Positions 26,345 through 36,800 of a DNA stretch of 64,000 nucleotides are shown piece after piece. This DNA comes from Deltaproteobacteria bacterium (lineage in GTDB: Bacteria; Desulfobacterota; Desulfuromonadia; Desulfuromonadales; BM103): contig JAFDBS010000140.1 of NCBI GenBank assembly GCA_019313185.1, forward strand, positions 377 through 64,376. The letters are read 5' to 3'. The translations under genes and the position numbers were made by a program. Below the pieces are notes generated by a model that made no database searches, was not told the origin of the DNA, and was given only the letters and a program-made list of their open reading frames with translations. Each line of letters opens with the position of its first letter. The first letter of the stretch is position 1.

Positions 26345-27193
26345 GTGCAGCATATGCAATACACGGTTGGACTTTTTGCAACACGGCCGGTTGTGACGGT
26401 TGACGTTGACACGGCATTCACAGATGCCCTCAAGCTGATGAGCAAACATCGCATCAGCTGTGTGGTCGTCTTGGAGGATGGCGAGGCAATTGGCATCCTG
26501 ACTGAACGTGACATCGTCTTTGCTTCGAACTGGGTGCTAGGACAACCGAAGCTTACCGTTCGCGACGTGATGAACAAGCCTGTTCTGACAGTTCCTGAAG
26601 ATACAAGTATTCACAAGGCCTATGAAATCTTTGCCGAACACAATATTCGACATCTGATTGTTCTTGATGACAAATTGAACATGGGCGGTGTGTTCACACA
26701 AACTGATTTGGTCCGGGCGCTTCGTGGACAAATTTTCGAAGGGGTCGATGATATCTCGACTCTGATGACCAGCCAGGTATTGCATGTGCCTCCTCAAGTG
26801 TCAGCGCGTTATGCTCTTTCGCAAATGGCGCGCAGAGCAGTGAGCTGTGTGGTTGTCCATGACGGCGCACTGCCTGTCGGCGTTTTTACCGAACGAGACG
26901 TTGTTCGACTGATTGCCGAGGAGGTTGATTTGGACCAAATAACCGTTGGACAAGTGATGAGTGCGTCATTGCTAACAGCCCCATCGAAGATGGCGCCCTC
27001 TTCAGCCATCCAACTCATGCAAAAACACTCAGTCCGTCGTTTAGTTGTTGTCAATGAATGCTCCGAAATGGTTGGTATCCTGACCCAATCGGACTTGGGA
27101 CGGATCGTTGAACATTTCGTTCTGCCAACCGTTGAACAGTTTCCCCCGCAATTATCAGTCACCGGAGATGATGACCAACGAAACTGTGTCTGA
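26345..27193 (+). CDS. CBS-domain protein (two CBS pairs)
   Basis: Four repeats of the CBS pattern (e.g. ISCVVVLEDGEAIGILTERDIV and VRRLVVVNECSEMVGILTQSDL). The start may be ATG 26354. Divergent from the radical SAM operon. Confidence 0.8.
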   Translation: MQHMQYTVGLFATRPVVTVDVDTAFTDALKLMSKHRISCVVVLEDGEAIGILTERDIVFASNWVLGQPKLTVRDVMNKPVLTVPEDTSIHKAYEIFAEHNIRHLIVLDDKLNMGGVFTQTDLVRALRGQIFEGVDDISTLMTSQVLHVPPQVSARYALSQMARRAVSCVVVHDGALPVGVFTERDVVRLIAEEVDLDQITVGQVMSASLLTAPSKMAPSSAIQLMQKHSVRRLVVVNECSEMVGILTQSDLGRIVEHFVLPTVEQFPPQLSVTGDDDQRNCV

Positions 27194-27227
27194 TTGTTAG
27201 CACGTAGTTTTGCTGAGCATCTCCTGA

Positions 27228-27251
27228 CCCGCTGTCCATCGGCGGGTTTTT
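27228..27251 (+). terminator. Weak intrinsic terminator after the CBS gene
   Basis: CCCGC, a 9-nt loop, GCGGG, then TTTTT. Confidence 0.4.
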
Positions 27252-27498
27252 CATTCTGGCCTATCGAGAACTCTTTGACTGGGCAGGATTCTCCGTCGCC
27301 CCATTCGAGCAGCGCAGGCTATATGTCCAAGGGCTGATGGTGTCCTTGATCAAGGCAGTTCACTGCCAGATGCTAACCGCTCGATCTCGCTGGGTCGAGC
27401 CTGTGAAACCATTGAGAGCAGGCAAAGCAAAAAGACACCTCACAAAATAGCTCCTGAACTTTGGTCAGCGGTCGATTGTTTCTCTTCTTACAAAGCAT

Positions 27499-27528
27499 AA
27501 AAAAAGAGTCTGCCGTTTCCGCAGACTC
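27499..27528 (-). terminator. Intrinsic terminator downstream of tRNA-fMet
   Basis: The minus strand reads GAGTCTGC-GGAAACG-GCAGACTC followed by TTTTTTT. Confidence 0.6.
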
Positions 27529-27540
27529 CAATGGTAAAAT

Positions 27541-27617
<77 letters not shown>

Positions 27618-27723
27618 ACAAAGGGTTGTCACACTAGCGGAAAGCCTTGTTCTTGTCAAGGCATCTCTGGTTTCTTGCCGAATCAACCAAAATTGGAGTA
27701 TAAGGTCAGCAAGGATTTATTTT

Positions 27724-28776
27724 ATGGATATGACCATTTCTCTCGAGCAAGCGCTCACTCTCCGCAGCAAGGGAGCCCTGATGGTTGACGCTCGCAGCCC
27801 TGAGGAATATGCCGAGGCCACCATACCGGGGGCGGTCAATGTCCCAATTCTGAATAACGCCGAGCGCGCTGAGATTGGCACACTGTACAAGCGCGAAGGG
27901 AAATTAATCGCTCGCCGGCGTGGTGTGGAAATTGTTGCGCCAAAAATTCCGGTTTTGGTCGAGAGGGTTGCCGAAATGCGGGCAAGTGAAACCAGCCTTG
28001 CCGTTGTCTTCTGCTGGCGAGGCGGTTTGCGCAGCCGGGCCATGGCCCAGTTTCTAGATTTAGCTGGTATCCCGGCACGGCAGATGGCCGGTGGGCACAA
28101 GCGATTTCGCCAACATGTATTGCGTTTCTTCTCTGAAGCAGAATGGGGCCGGATGATCGTCTTGCGAGGGTTGACCGGTGTTGGCAAGACGAGAATTTTG
28201 AACAATTTGGCCGCAATAGGCCATGAGGTGATTGACCTTGAGGGGTTGGCCAGTCACCGTGGCAGTGCGTTCGGCAACCTTGACTTGCCCGCTCAGCCGA
28301 CACAAAAGATGTTCGAGGCGTTACTGTGGGACCGTCTCCAGCGCATTCCACCGACCAGTCATGTTTTGGTTGAGGGTGAAAGCCGCTGGATCGGCCGTCT
28401 GCAGCTGCCAGTCAGAGTCTACCAAGCCATGCAGCAAGAAACCTGCATTTGGTTGAATGCGTCATTAGCGACCCGGGTGAACAACCTTCTTGAAGACTAC
28501 TCGGCGCTGACTGAGGCCAAAGAGCGATTTGTCGAGCCCATTCAAGCCCTTAAGGAACGTCTCGGCGCACAGGCTGTTGAGGAGCTCCTGTCCTATCTGG
28601 ATAGGGGGGCATGGGACGACCTCGTCAGGGAACTGATGACGCGCTATTATGACCCGCTTTATCGTCATAAACAACCAAAGGAATGCATTGAAGTCAATGT
28701 CGAATCCCTTGGGGCAGGGCTGGATGCCGTGCTCGATGCCGTCACCCAAGTCCTTGCACCAGTTTCGGAACGATGA
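27724..28776 (+). CDS. selU: tRNA 2-selenouridine synthase
   Basis: A rhodanese domain with CWRGGLRS, then the P-loop LRGLTGVGKTRIL. Start at ATG 27724 (MDMTISLEQ), because the longer ORF-track version overlaps the tRNA. Confidence 0.85.
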   Translation: MDMTISLEQALTLRSKGALMVDARSPEEYAEATIPGAVNVPILNNAERAEIGTLYKREGKLIARRRGVEIVAPKIPVLVERVAEMRASETSLAVVFCWRGGLRSRAMAQFLDLAGIPARQMAGGHKRFRQHVLRFFSEAEWGRMIVLRGLTGVGKTRILNNLAAIGHEVIDLEGLASHRGSAFGNLDLPAQPTQKMFEALLWDRLQRIPPTSHVLVEGESRWIGRLQLPVRVYQAMQQETCIWLNASLATRVNNLLEDYSALTEAKERFVEPIQALKERLGAQAVEELLSYLDRGAWDDLVRELMTRYYDPLYRHKQPKECIEVNVESLGAGLDAVLDAVTQVLAPVSER

Positions 28777-28834
28777 GGCCTTTGCTCACATCAGCGTTTA
28801 CGAAGAATAATAATGAAGTTGTTTGAGGCCTGTT

Positions 28835-29029
28835 ATGAAAAAGTCGTCAGAGACCAAAGCGACAAACGCCCTCTGTTTGAAATGTTTGCGAAACTGTAAA
28901 CAGCCGGTCTGCAACCTGTTGGTCGAATGCCCTCGTTACTATCCGATGCCTTTTAAGGTCGAGCTGTATCGTTATGACCAACTGGATCTATTCGACTGTG
29001 ACGAAAAAGATAACAATCAGCCTTCCTGA
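28835..29029 (+). CDS. Hypothetical small Cys-rich protein (64 aa)
   Basis: GAGG precedes the ATG at 28835. Contains CLKCLRNCKQPVCNLLVEC. No family recognised. Confidence 0.45.
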   Translation: MKKSSETKATNALCLKCLRNCKQPVCNLLVECPRYYPMPFKVELYRYDQLDLFDCDEKDNNQPS

Positions 29030-29050
29030 TTTTTGCAGACGTGATCATGC

Positions 29051-30172
29051 TCAACTTTCTGCCGAGAGCTTTTCTAGAAAAGACGTCACTTTAGGTGTAA
29101 ACTTCTCTGGTTCGACCAAAAACGAATCATGGCCATAGTCTGACTCGATCAGGTGGTATTCCACGGGTTTGTTAAGACAACGCAAAACGTTAACAACTTC
29201 TTCTGTCTGGTAAGGCGCGTATAGCCAGTCTGAGGAGAAAGCAAACCAGATGGACGGACAGGCCAAATTATTCAGGGCGCTCTCCAAACTGTCGAAACCC
29301 CAGCTTACATCATACAGGTCGAGGGACTTCGCCAGATAAAGAAAGCTGTTGGTGTCAAAGCGCTCAACGAAGTTCCTACCGTTGTAAGTCAGGTATCGCT
29401 CAATTTCATATTGTCCAAAGAAATCGAACTGTCCGTCGCGGGCAGAAAAGCGCCGGCCAAATTTCAATTGCATAGAGGTGTCGGAGAGGAACGAAATATG
29501 ACCAACCGCCCGCGCCAAAGCCAAACCATCCGCGGGGGGGTGCTCAGGCTTGTAATTCCCTTTGCGCCACATCGGGTCATTGTAAATTGCCTGCCTCGCC
29601 AAGGCGTTCAAGGCGATCGCCATTGGCGACGGTCGGCCTGTCCCTGCGATCGGAATGATCGAACGAACATGCTCCGGATAGTGCACAGCCCATTCCAAGG
29701 CCTGCATCGCACCCATGCTCCCACCAATCACGGTCAGTAATTGTTCAATACCCAGGTGGTCAATAAGTAGTTTTTGAGCCCTGACCATGTCGCGGACCAT
29801 GAGAACAGGAAATTGCAGATGATAAGGTTTTCCGGTACGCGGGTTGATGCTTGACGGCCCGGTGGAGCCGAAACATGAACCGATAACGTTAGAGCAAATC
29901 ACAAAATACTGGTCCGTATCGAGCACTTTGCCCGGTCCAATCATGCCGTCCCACCAGCCCGGCTTGCGATCATCCGGACCATGTCGTCCTGCAGCATGAG
30001 CATCGCCAGTCCAGGCATGTGCGACCAAGACAGCATTCGATTTACTGCGGTTTAACGTCCCGTAGGTTTCGTAGGCCAAAGTCAAGGGGCCGAGAACACG
30101 GCCACTTTCCAGCTGTAGTTCAACGTCGAAATCGACGGATCTGGTCTTGACGATCCCTACACTCTCATTCAT
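29051..30172 (-). CDS. metX: Homoserine O-acetyltransferase
   Basis: An alpha/beta-hydrolase with [12 protein letters not shown] (nucleophile elbow) and the typical MetX N-terminus (...[21 protein letters not shown]). Start at ATG 30172, downstream of the riboswitch terminator. Confidence 0.9.
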   Translation of the reverse strand: MNESVGIVKTRSVDFDVELQLESGRVLGPLTLAYETYGTLNRSKSNAVLVAHAWTGDAHAAGRHGPDDRKPGWWDGMIGPGKVLDTDQYFVICSNVIGSCFGSTGPSSINPRTGKPYHLQFPVLMVRDMVRAQKLLIDHLGIEQLLTVIGGSMGAMQALEWAVHYPEHVRSIIPIAGTGRPSPMAIALNALARQAIYNDPMWRKGNYKPEHPPADGLALARAVGHISFLSDTSMQLKFGRRFSARDGQFDFFGQYEIERYLTYNGRNFVERFDTNSFLYLAKSLDLYDVSWGFDSLESALNNLACPSIWFAFSSDWLYAPYQTEEVVNVLRCLNKPVEYHLIESDYGHDSFLVEPEKFTPKVTSFLEKLSAES

Positions 30173-30189
30173 GCAAAACCCCGTAAGGC

Positions 30190-30390
30190 AAAAAAACAGG
30201 CCCCTACCCAAGAAATCGTGAGAAGGGGCCTGAAGATACATTGACAAGATCGTACCAGCGGCTCCGTCCTCATCTCCCCTGCCGTTTGACGCAGGTCGGA
30301 TTTAGCACCTGGCACTCACCTGAAGAACCTTCAGCGAGTCGGTTGCTGTGGCTTCGCAGGGCCTGTCCCTCCACCACTCTTGATAAAGAC
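30190..30390 (-). promoter_or_regulatory. SAM-I (S-box) riboswitch with terminator, leader of metX
   Basis: The minus strand reads TTATCAAGAGTGGTGGAGGGACAGGCCCTGCGAAGCCACAGCAACC...GGTGCTAAATCCGACC...GGGGAGATGAGGACG. It is followed by CAGGCCCCT...AGGGGCCTG and T7 (30190-30232). Confidence 0.85.
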
Positions 30391-30458
30391 GCGCTATGTC
30401 TTTGTGTGCCGAACTGTACCGGAATAACAAGGTTTTGTCAAACGGAAAAGCCTCTGAC

Positions 30459-31607
30459 TCAGCCAGATAAGGCCTTGTCAAGATCCTCCCAGAGATCCTC
30501 AACATCTTCAATGCCTGCCGAAATTCTCATCAGCTTTGGGGTTATCCCCAATTCGGTTTTCACCGGTTCAGGGATGGCTGCATGCGACATTGTCCAGCAA
30601 TGCGTCAGAATCGTCTCAACACCGCCGAGGCTCGGTGCAATAATCGGTAAATTCACGTTCTTGAGCAGAGCCTGGACGTGATCCGTCTCAGAAACTTCAA
30701 ATGAAAGGACTGCCCCGGCCCCGGAGGCTTGAGCGAAGTGGCGCTCGGCTCCGGGAAAGTGATCCAGGCCCGGGTAAATGACTCGTTCAATTGCTGGATG
30801 GGAACGAAGACGCTCTGCAATGGTTCTGGCATTGGACTGGCCCGTCTCGAGCCGAAGTTTCAGGGTTTTCACCCCTCGAGAGAGGAGAAAGGAATCAAAC
30901 GGCGCTAGCACCGAGCCGTAGGCATTTTGATGACGTTTAAGGCGCTGGGCCAGGCCGTTATCATTGGTTGTGACCAGACCGGCAAGAAGGTCGCTGTGCC
31001 CACCAAGAAACTTGGTTGCACTGTGGATCACGACGTCGATGCCCAGCACAATCGGTTTCTGCAACAGCGGAGTCATGAAGGTGTTGTCTAGGAAAGAAAT
31101 CAATTTATGCTCTTTGGCCAACGCCGCTGCAGAACGGATGTCCGTAATGTTGAACAGCGGATTTGACGGGGTCTCCAAGAACAGGCCTTTTGTATCGGGC
31201 TGAATTGCCTTGTGGATCGCATCAAGATCACTGGTGTCGACAAAAGTGACTGAGATGCCCAGATCGGGCAATATCCGATTCAGGTAACGCCAGGTTCCTC
31301 CGTAGAGATCTCGCGGCGCTATCAAATGATCTCCGGCTTTGAGCAAGGAGAGGCTGCCGGCAATGGCCGCCATGCCGCTGGAGTAGGCAAATCCGCTGCA
31401 GCCAGCTTCCAGCAAGGCAATGGCTTGTTCAATCTGTGCACGGCTTGGATTGCCGCTCCGCGCATAATCATAATCGCCGGAAGTTCCACCCGGATGATGA
31501 TAAGTCGATGCCTGGTATATCGGCACAGTGGCGGCCCCAGTATAGGGGTCTCGATCTGTTCCCTGATGGACTACCAACGTTGCTGGCCGGTACAAAGTTT
31601 CTCGCAT
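30459..31607 (-). CDS. Cys/Met-metabolism PLP enzyme (cystathionine beta-lyase / gamma-synthase family)
   Basis: 382 aa with PIYQASTY, DYARSGNPSR and the conserved SATKFLGGHSD PLP-lysine motif. Start at ATG 31607 behind GGAGGG. Confidence 0.82.
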   Translation of the reverse strand: MRETLYRPATLVVHQGTDRDPYTGAATVPIYQASTYHHPGGTSGDYDYARSGNPSRAQIEQAIALLEAGCSGFAYSSGMAAIAGSLSLLKAGDHLIAPRDLYGGTWRYLNRILPDLGISVTFVDTSDLDAIHKAIQPDTKGLFLETPSNPLFNITDIRSAAALAKEHKLISFLDNTFMTPLLQKPIVLGIDVVIHSATKFLGGHSDLLAGLVTTNDNGLAQRLKRHQNAYGSVLAPFDSFLLSRGVKTLKLRLETGQSNARTIAERLRSHPAIERVIYPGLDHFPGAERHFAQASGAGAVLSFEVSETDHVQALLKNVNLPIIAPSLGGVETILTHCWTMSHAAIPEPVKTELGITPKLMRISAGIEDVEDLWEDLDKALSG

Positions 31608-31676
31608 GATCTGCCCTCCGGGCAAATAGTATCGGTTCTTATTTGGTTGAGTTCAAGTCAACAGGGGCTTGCAAGG

Positions 31677-32831
31677 TTAGCCCCTTGCAAGGGCCTGGTC
31701 GAGATCAGAAATAATGTCTTCAACGCTCTCGATCCCCACTGACAGACGCAAAAGCGATTCACAGACCCCCAGCCGTTTGCGTTGTTCGACCGGAATGTCA
31801 GCATGAGTCTGGACAGCGGGTAAAGTCATCAGACTTTCCACACCACCAAGGCTTTCGGCAAAAGAAATACGGCGAAGCTTCTGCAGAACCTGCTTAGCAT
31901 GGTCAGCATTGCCGAGTCGAAAAGAAACCATGCCGCCATGGCCATCCGACTGAGCGATGTTGCGTTGATGGCCCGGGTGGCTCGGCAAACCAGGATAGTA
32001 GACCTGTTCAACGGCGGGGTGTGCCAGGAGCCATTCTGCTACGGCTTGGGCATTGTCACAATGACGTTCCATGCGTAACCCGAGTGTTTTCAAACTGCGC
32101 ATCAGAAGCCAGCAGTCTTGAGGGGAGAGGATGGCCCCTGTTGAGTTTTGCAGGAAGTAGAGACGTTCACCCAAGTCTGAATTGCGAGCCACCAGGACGC
32201 CAGCACAGAGATCGTTGTGCCCGCCGAGATACTTGGTCGCAGAATGGATAACAACATCGGCCCCATGCTCGAGAGGCCGCTGCAAAGCCGGTGTTAAAAA
32301 GGTGTTGTCAACGCACAGCAGCAGCCCACGCTCCTGGCAAAGGCTGGCCAGGGCGGGCAAGTCGGCAATGCCGAGAAGCGGGTTGCCGGGGGTTTCTATC
32401 AACAAGGCTTTGGTGTGCGGCGTGCACGCCGCAGCAACCTTAGAGGAATCGGTGGTGTCGACATAACTGACGCTGAGCGCAAACTTTCCAAAAATCTGGT
32501 CAAGCACCCTGTACGTTCCTCCATACAGGTCCTCTGAAACCACCAAGTGATCTCCTGCGGAAAAATGGAGGAATAACGTTGTCAACGCGGCCATTCCCGA
32601 AGAGAAAGCCAGCCCGCGGCTGCCCCCTTCAAGGTCCGCCAACGCTTCTTCCAAAACCTGCCGGGTCGGATTCCCAGATCGGGTGTAATCGAAGCCGGTG
32701 CTTTCTCCGACCGCGGGATGAGCATAGGTCGAGCTCGGATAGATTGGAAAGCTGATCGCCCCGGTTGCAGCATCGCGCTTGACGCCGGCTAGGACGCTTC
32801 GAGTGTGTCTGCTAACGCCTGAAGTTGTCAT
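31677..32831 (-). CDS. Cys/Met-metabolism PLP enzyme (cystathionine gamma-synthase / O-acetylhomoserine thiolyase family)
   Basis: 384 aa with PIYPSSTY, DYTRSGNPTR and SATKYLGGHND. Start at ATG 32831 behind GGAGGC. Paralogue of the downstream gene, arranged like the Bacillus metI-metC pair. Confidence 0.82.
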   Translation of the reverse strand: MTTSGVSRHTRSVLAGVKRDAATGAISFPIYPSSTYAHPAVGESTGFDYTRSGNPTRQVLEEALADLEGGSRGLAFSSGMAALTTLFLHFSAGDHLVVSEDLYGGTYRVLDQIFGKFALSVSYVDTTDSSKVAAACTPHTKALLIETPGNPLLGIADLPALASLCQERGLLLCVDNTFLTPALQRPLEHGADVVIHSATKYLGGHNDLCAGVLVARNSDLGERLYFLQNSTGAILSPQDCWLLMRSLKTLGLRMERHCDNAQAVAEWLLAHPAVEQVYYPGLPSHPGHQRNIAQSDGHGGMVSFRLGNADHAKQVLQKLRRISFAESLGGVESLMTLPAVQTHADIPVEQRKRLGVCESLLRLSVGIESVEDIISDLDQALARG

Positions 32832-32867
32832 GTTTTGGTTGCCTCCATTCAAAGATAGTGAGGCTAT

Positions 32868-33064
32868 CAAAAAAGCCCCTTCTCGATGAGAGAAAGGGCT
32901 TGCAGACACATTGGCATGCTCTGAAGCTCCGCTCTCATCTTCCCCACGGCATCTTTGACGCGTGGGCGGGATTTAGCACCTGACATCCAAGCACGTTGCG
33001 TGCAATTTGAACCGGTTGCTGTGGCGTCTTTGGGCCCGTCCCTCAGCCACTCTTGATGAAAACG
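32868..33064 (-). promoter_or_regulatory. SAM-I (S-box) riboswitch with terminator, leader of the two-gene transsulfuration operon
   Basis: The minus strand reads TTCATCAAGAGTGGCTGAGGGACGGGCCCAAAGACGCCACAGCAACC...GGTGCTAAATCCCGCC...GGGGAAGATGAGAGCG. It is followed by an 11-bp stem (AGCCCTTTCTC/GAGAAGGGGCT) and T6. Confidence 0.85.
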
Positions 33065-33187
33065 CGGCTCACCTCTCGGGAGCCTTATGTTGACTAGATT
33101 AGTAAACAAACTTGCTGCACTTGTCAATTAAAAAACAAAACCAAGGGGAAAACTTTCGCAACAGGAAGGTGTTTCGACAACACCAGG

Positions 33188-34144
33188 CTAGTCAACAACC
33201 CCCTCAAACAAGACGCTGCTCAGGTAGCGTTCCCCGGAGTCAGGCAAGATAACGACAATCGTTTTTCCTGCAAATTCAGGCTCAGCCGCCAGGCGCGCGG
33301 CGACCGATGCAGCCGCTCCGCAGGAAATCCCGGACAGTAAACCTTCTTCGCATGCCAGACGGCGTGCGAACTGGATTGCTTCCTCGTTGCTGACCTGTTC
33401 AACCCGATCGACAAGCGATAGATCAAGTGTGTCCGGTATGAAACCCGCGCCGATGCCCTGGATTTTGTGTGGCCCAGGCTGCACTGCTTTACCTGCCAAA
33501 GTCTGGGTAATGACCGGGCTGTCGACCGGCTCAACGGCAATGGAGGTGATTTTTTTACCCATGGTTTGCTTTATGTAGCGTGATACGCCGGTGATTGTTC
33601 CCCCGGTGCCGACCCCTGATACCAAAACATCGATTCCACCGTCAGTGTCATTCCAGATTTCCGGGCCAGTTGTCGTCTCGTGAATAGCCGGGTTGGCTGG
33701 GTTTTTGAACTGATGAAGCAGGACATAGCGGTCAGGATCGGAGGCGGCAAGCTGCTCGGCTTCGCTGATCGCACCAGGCATTCCTTTGCTTCCTGGTGTC
33801 AAAACAAGGTTGGCGCCAAAAGCTTTGAGAACCTTCCGACGTTCTAAACTCATCGTCTCAGGCATGGTTAGCGTGATGGGTATCCCTCTGGCTGCGGCAA
33901 CAAAAGCGAGGGCGATACCGGTGTTGCCGCTGGTTGGCTCGATCAGTTCCTTGCCGGGGCCGAGAAGCCCTTTTTGTTCTGCGTCCCATATCATTGAAGC
34001 GCCGATACGGCACTTAACCGAATAAGCGGGATTGCGCCCCTCGATCTTGGCCAGCAAGTTGCTGCCTTGTGGACTCACCCGGTTTAGCCGTACCAAGGGT
34101 GTGCGCCCAATGGCAAGTGAATTGTCTGAAAAAATCTGACCCAT
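33188..34144 (-). CDS. cysK: Cysteine synthase A (O-acetylserine sulfhydrylase)
   Basis: [11 protein letters not shown]..., the PLP lysine in [11 protein letters not shown], and [10 protein letters not shown] and GTGGTITG loops. Start at ATG 34144 behind AGAGGAG. Confidence 0.93.
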   Translation of the reverse strand: MGQIFSDNSLAIGRTPLVRLNRVSPQGSNLLAKIEGRNPAYSVKCRIGASMIWDAEQKGLLGPGKELIEPTSGNTGIALAFVAAARGIPITLTMPETMSLERRKVLKAFGANLVLTPGSKGMPGAISEAEQLAASDPDRYVLLHQFKNPANPAIHETTTGPEIWNDTDGGIDVLVSGVGTGGTITGVSRYIKQTMGKKITSIAVEPVDSPVITQTLAGKAVQPGPHKIQGIGAGFIPDTLDLSLVDRVEQVSNEEAIQFARRLACEEGLLSGISCGAAASVAARLAAEPEFAGKTIVVILPDSGERYLSSVLFEGVVD

Positions 34145-34599
34145 CTTGAGAACTCCTCTGTCTGGCATTAAGTTGACCAGCTTGATAGTTTTTGAATTAA
34201 ACGATAACAACACAAAAAAGTCAAGTATAAATATTTAAAAAAATATATTTAACTATTAAAGTAGCGGGAATGGGTTTTGCGTACGGAAACAGGCCGAAGG
34301 GAAGGGTGTTAAGCTGAGCAAACGGTTATGGGAAAGGATGGGCTCACAAGTTTTTGCCCGAGGTGATTTCGATGGTGAAATGTGCAACAGGTTGACTCAG
34401 CGGGGCTGTTCTGGGAGCTCCTGCTATGCATATGACCTGCCGATAATGTTGTCACAACCTTTGGCCGCAACGCAGCATTTGGCCGATGTGCAGTGGGCCA
34501 GTTCGAAGTGTGACCCGTTTTCATTCCCTGGTCGTCATCGCCGTTGGTTGTCATCTGGCAAAAGCCGTCAGACAAGACTTAAAGAGCAGACCATGGCGC

Positions 34600-36744
34600 C
34601 TACCAGGTGTGGAAAAGGCGCGCCATGTAAGTCTGTACCGAACCGTCAAAATCGTTGTTTCCAAGATCATCGTAGTCGTCGAAGGTCGCTTCGATACCTG
34701 CCGACCAGTCGTCGCTGACTTGCCATGTGACCTGCCCCTGGATACCGTTCTGGCGAATGTCGACCTTGCTGATTTGGCGAAGTTGAGCTGAGGAGGCCCC
34801 GGCAGTTAAAGCGGTCAAGTCGTAGTTCGGGGGAAAACCGGTCAAAATGTCATAGGTAAGATTTGAGACAGAGAACTGGGGCGAGTACGTTGCATTGGAT
34901 CGAATGTGGTAACCCTGCACCCGGCACATGAGAGTCTCGAGAACCTGCCAGGATGCGCCTGCAGAAAGGGTTTGGACATGTTGGCGGTATTCGACGTTGC
35001 CGTCTTCAATCGTGTAAATGGGCGGTTGATTGCCAAACAACAGGTCCTGTTTGATCCGGCTACGCAGGTAGGCGTAGTTCGCATCAAGGTTTAGCCCCGG
35101 CAGCGGGTTCAACCAAAAGCCGACGCTGGCATTTTGCTGTTCCTGATCGCGGTCCAGATCAAAATAGGTCACGTTGCCACTGCCGTCAAATTGAGACCGC
35201 GAGTAGTCATTGTTCCGGCTTTTCTGCAGGTTCAGGCTGGCCGTGGTTCCCCAAAGCACCCCCGGCCGGTAGGTCGCACTCAAAAAGGCGGTGTGGCCGG
35301 TTTCCACCGACGTGTTGTAAGCGGGGTCGTCGGAATGCTGGTATTGCCACCAGGCTTTGAATTTCAAGGCGTTCTTGTCGAGATGCCTGGATGAATAGGA
35401 AAGACGGACTTTGGTAATGTTTTCCTCGTCGGGCAGCTCCCAATAGGGGTCAATCTCGACCGGGTCGACAGTCAGGCTTTCGTGAAGCGACGGCCCGTCT
35501 GTTGTGCTGCGCTGGATCTGTTCATGCTTCAGGTCGAGCTTAAGAGAGAGCTTGTGGGTGGGTCGATAAGAGATCGACGTTGCATAAAAATCGCGATCCA
35601 AATCAATGCTGTCTCGAACGGGGAACGGCTGTGAGCGTGGAAAGAGTGTACTGTATGTTTCGTCGGTATACTGCGAACCCGTTGCAGTAATGTCTCCACT
35701 GTTGCTTGTATCCAGTTCGAGCATGCGATAGCGGAAATTCCATGTCCAATGTTCTGACGGCGAATAGGTGATGTCGCTGGCCAACTTTTTGAAGTCTGTC
35801 TCGGCTCGAATCGGGGCAACATCGTTCAATGACGATTTGTTCTCCCGCTCGCCAAACGAAAAACTGGCATTTGCCACGAATCCGCCGCTCAGAGTGGTGT
35901 GGGCTTTAATCGTACTTTGGGTAAAATCCGAATCCGGGGAGTCGTCGTGCTGGTAAGCTCCTTGTTCGCGGAGCCAGTGGGCATCAAAGCTATCAATGGA
36001 AGTCGCGCTCTGATTGTCAAACGTTCGAAACACTTGTTCGAAAATCAAGTCGATGACGCCCAGATGAGCATCGACACTGGCGGTGAACTCTTCTGTCGTT
36101 AAATCGATAGAGCGGTTTCGGCTGCGCATGTGGCAGGCTGAGGCGCAATTTTCATTCACGTATCGAAGCTGTTTTTTGCCGGATTTTTCCTGGCGCCAGT
36201 ATTTCAGGTTGAGGTGGGCGGGGTAGGTCGGCAGCTTGCCACGCACGGCTGTTTCATAAAAATCCAGTCGAATTCCATAGTCAGTTCCGGGATTCGCATC
36301 CTCGTAATCGACTCTAGGATTCTCTTCTAAAAAAGCATCCGGTCGTGCCGAAGAATCGGTGTCCTGATCGTATGGTATGTGGTCAAGGTTATGAAAAAAA
36401 CGGTCGTTGCGGAGGTGGACCCTGAGTAGGGACTGAAAATTAAAATCGCCTTCTGCCGAGTAGTCTTTATCGTTGAGATAGTGTGCTTCCAGGGCAAAAT
36501 CGTTTTGCTCTGCCATGTTTTTGATATCTAGATCAAATGTTGGGCTGGCCTTGAGCGAGTCGTATTCTCTGCTGCGCGCCGGTTCGCCATGTTGGGATAT
36601 CCCTCGGTAGCCAACACCGATATCAATGTTCCCATCTATCTGCTCTCTGGGTTGGATGTGTGTCGAATCAGCGAAACAAAATGGTGCAGCAAGCATAACC
36701 AGCAAGGGCGTCATGATCATCATTTTGATGCATTGAACGTCCAT
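34600..36744 (-). CDS. Large outer-membrane beta-barrel protein, MtrB/PioB-like partner of the decaheme cytochrome
   Basis: About 714 aa. It has the signal peptide MDVQCIKMMIMTPLLVMLAAPFCFA, alternating beta-strand-like sequence rich in Y/D/N/S, and a terminal aromatic (...ARLFHTW). It lies 56 nt downstream of the decaheme gene. The family assignment rests on context plus composition. Confidence 0.65.
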   Translation of the reverse strand: MDVQCIKMMIMTPLLVMLAAPFCFADSTHIQPREQIDGNIDIGVGYRGISQHGEPARSREYDSLKASPTFDLDIKNMAEQNDFALEAHYLNDKDYSAEGDFNFQSLLRVHLRNDRFFHNLDHIPYDQDTDSSARPDAFLEENPRVDYEDANPGTDYGIRLDFYETAVRGKLPTYPAHLNLKYWRQEKSGKKQLRYVNENCASACHMRSRNRSIDLTTEEFTASVDAHLGVIDLIFEQVFRTFDNQSATSIDSFDAHWLREQGAYQHDDSPDSDFTQSTIKAHTTLSGGFVANASFSFGERENKSSLNDVAPIRAETDFKKLASDITYSPSEHWTWNFRYRMLELDTSNSGDITATGSQYTDETYSTLFPRSQPFPVRDSIDLDRDFYATSISYRPTHKLSLKLDLKHEQIQRSTTDGPSLHESLTVDPVEIDPYWELPDEENITKVRLSYSSRHLDKNALKFKAWWQYQHSDDPAYNTSVETGHTAFLSATYRPGVLWGTTASLNLQKSRNNDYSRSQFDGSGNVTYFDLDRDQEQQNASVGFWLNPLPGLNLDANYAYLRSRIKQDLLFGNQPPIYTIEDGNVEYRQHVQTLSAGASWQVLETLMCRVQGYHIRSNATYSPQFSVSNLTYDILTGFPPNYDLTALTAGASSAQLRQISKVDIRQNGIQGQVTWQVSDDWSAGIEATFDDYDDLGNNDFDGSVQTYMARLFHTW

Positions 36745-36800
36745 GGTTATCTCCTTAAAGCATCGTATGAAAAACAACATCAGTCAATGTGGTGCTAAGT

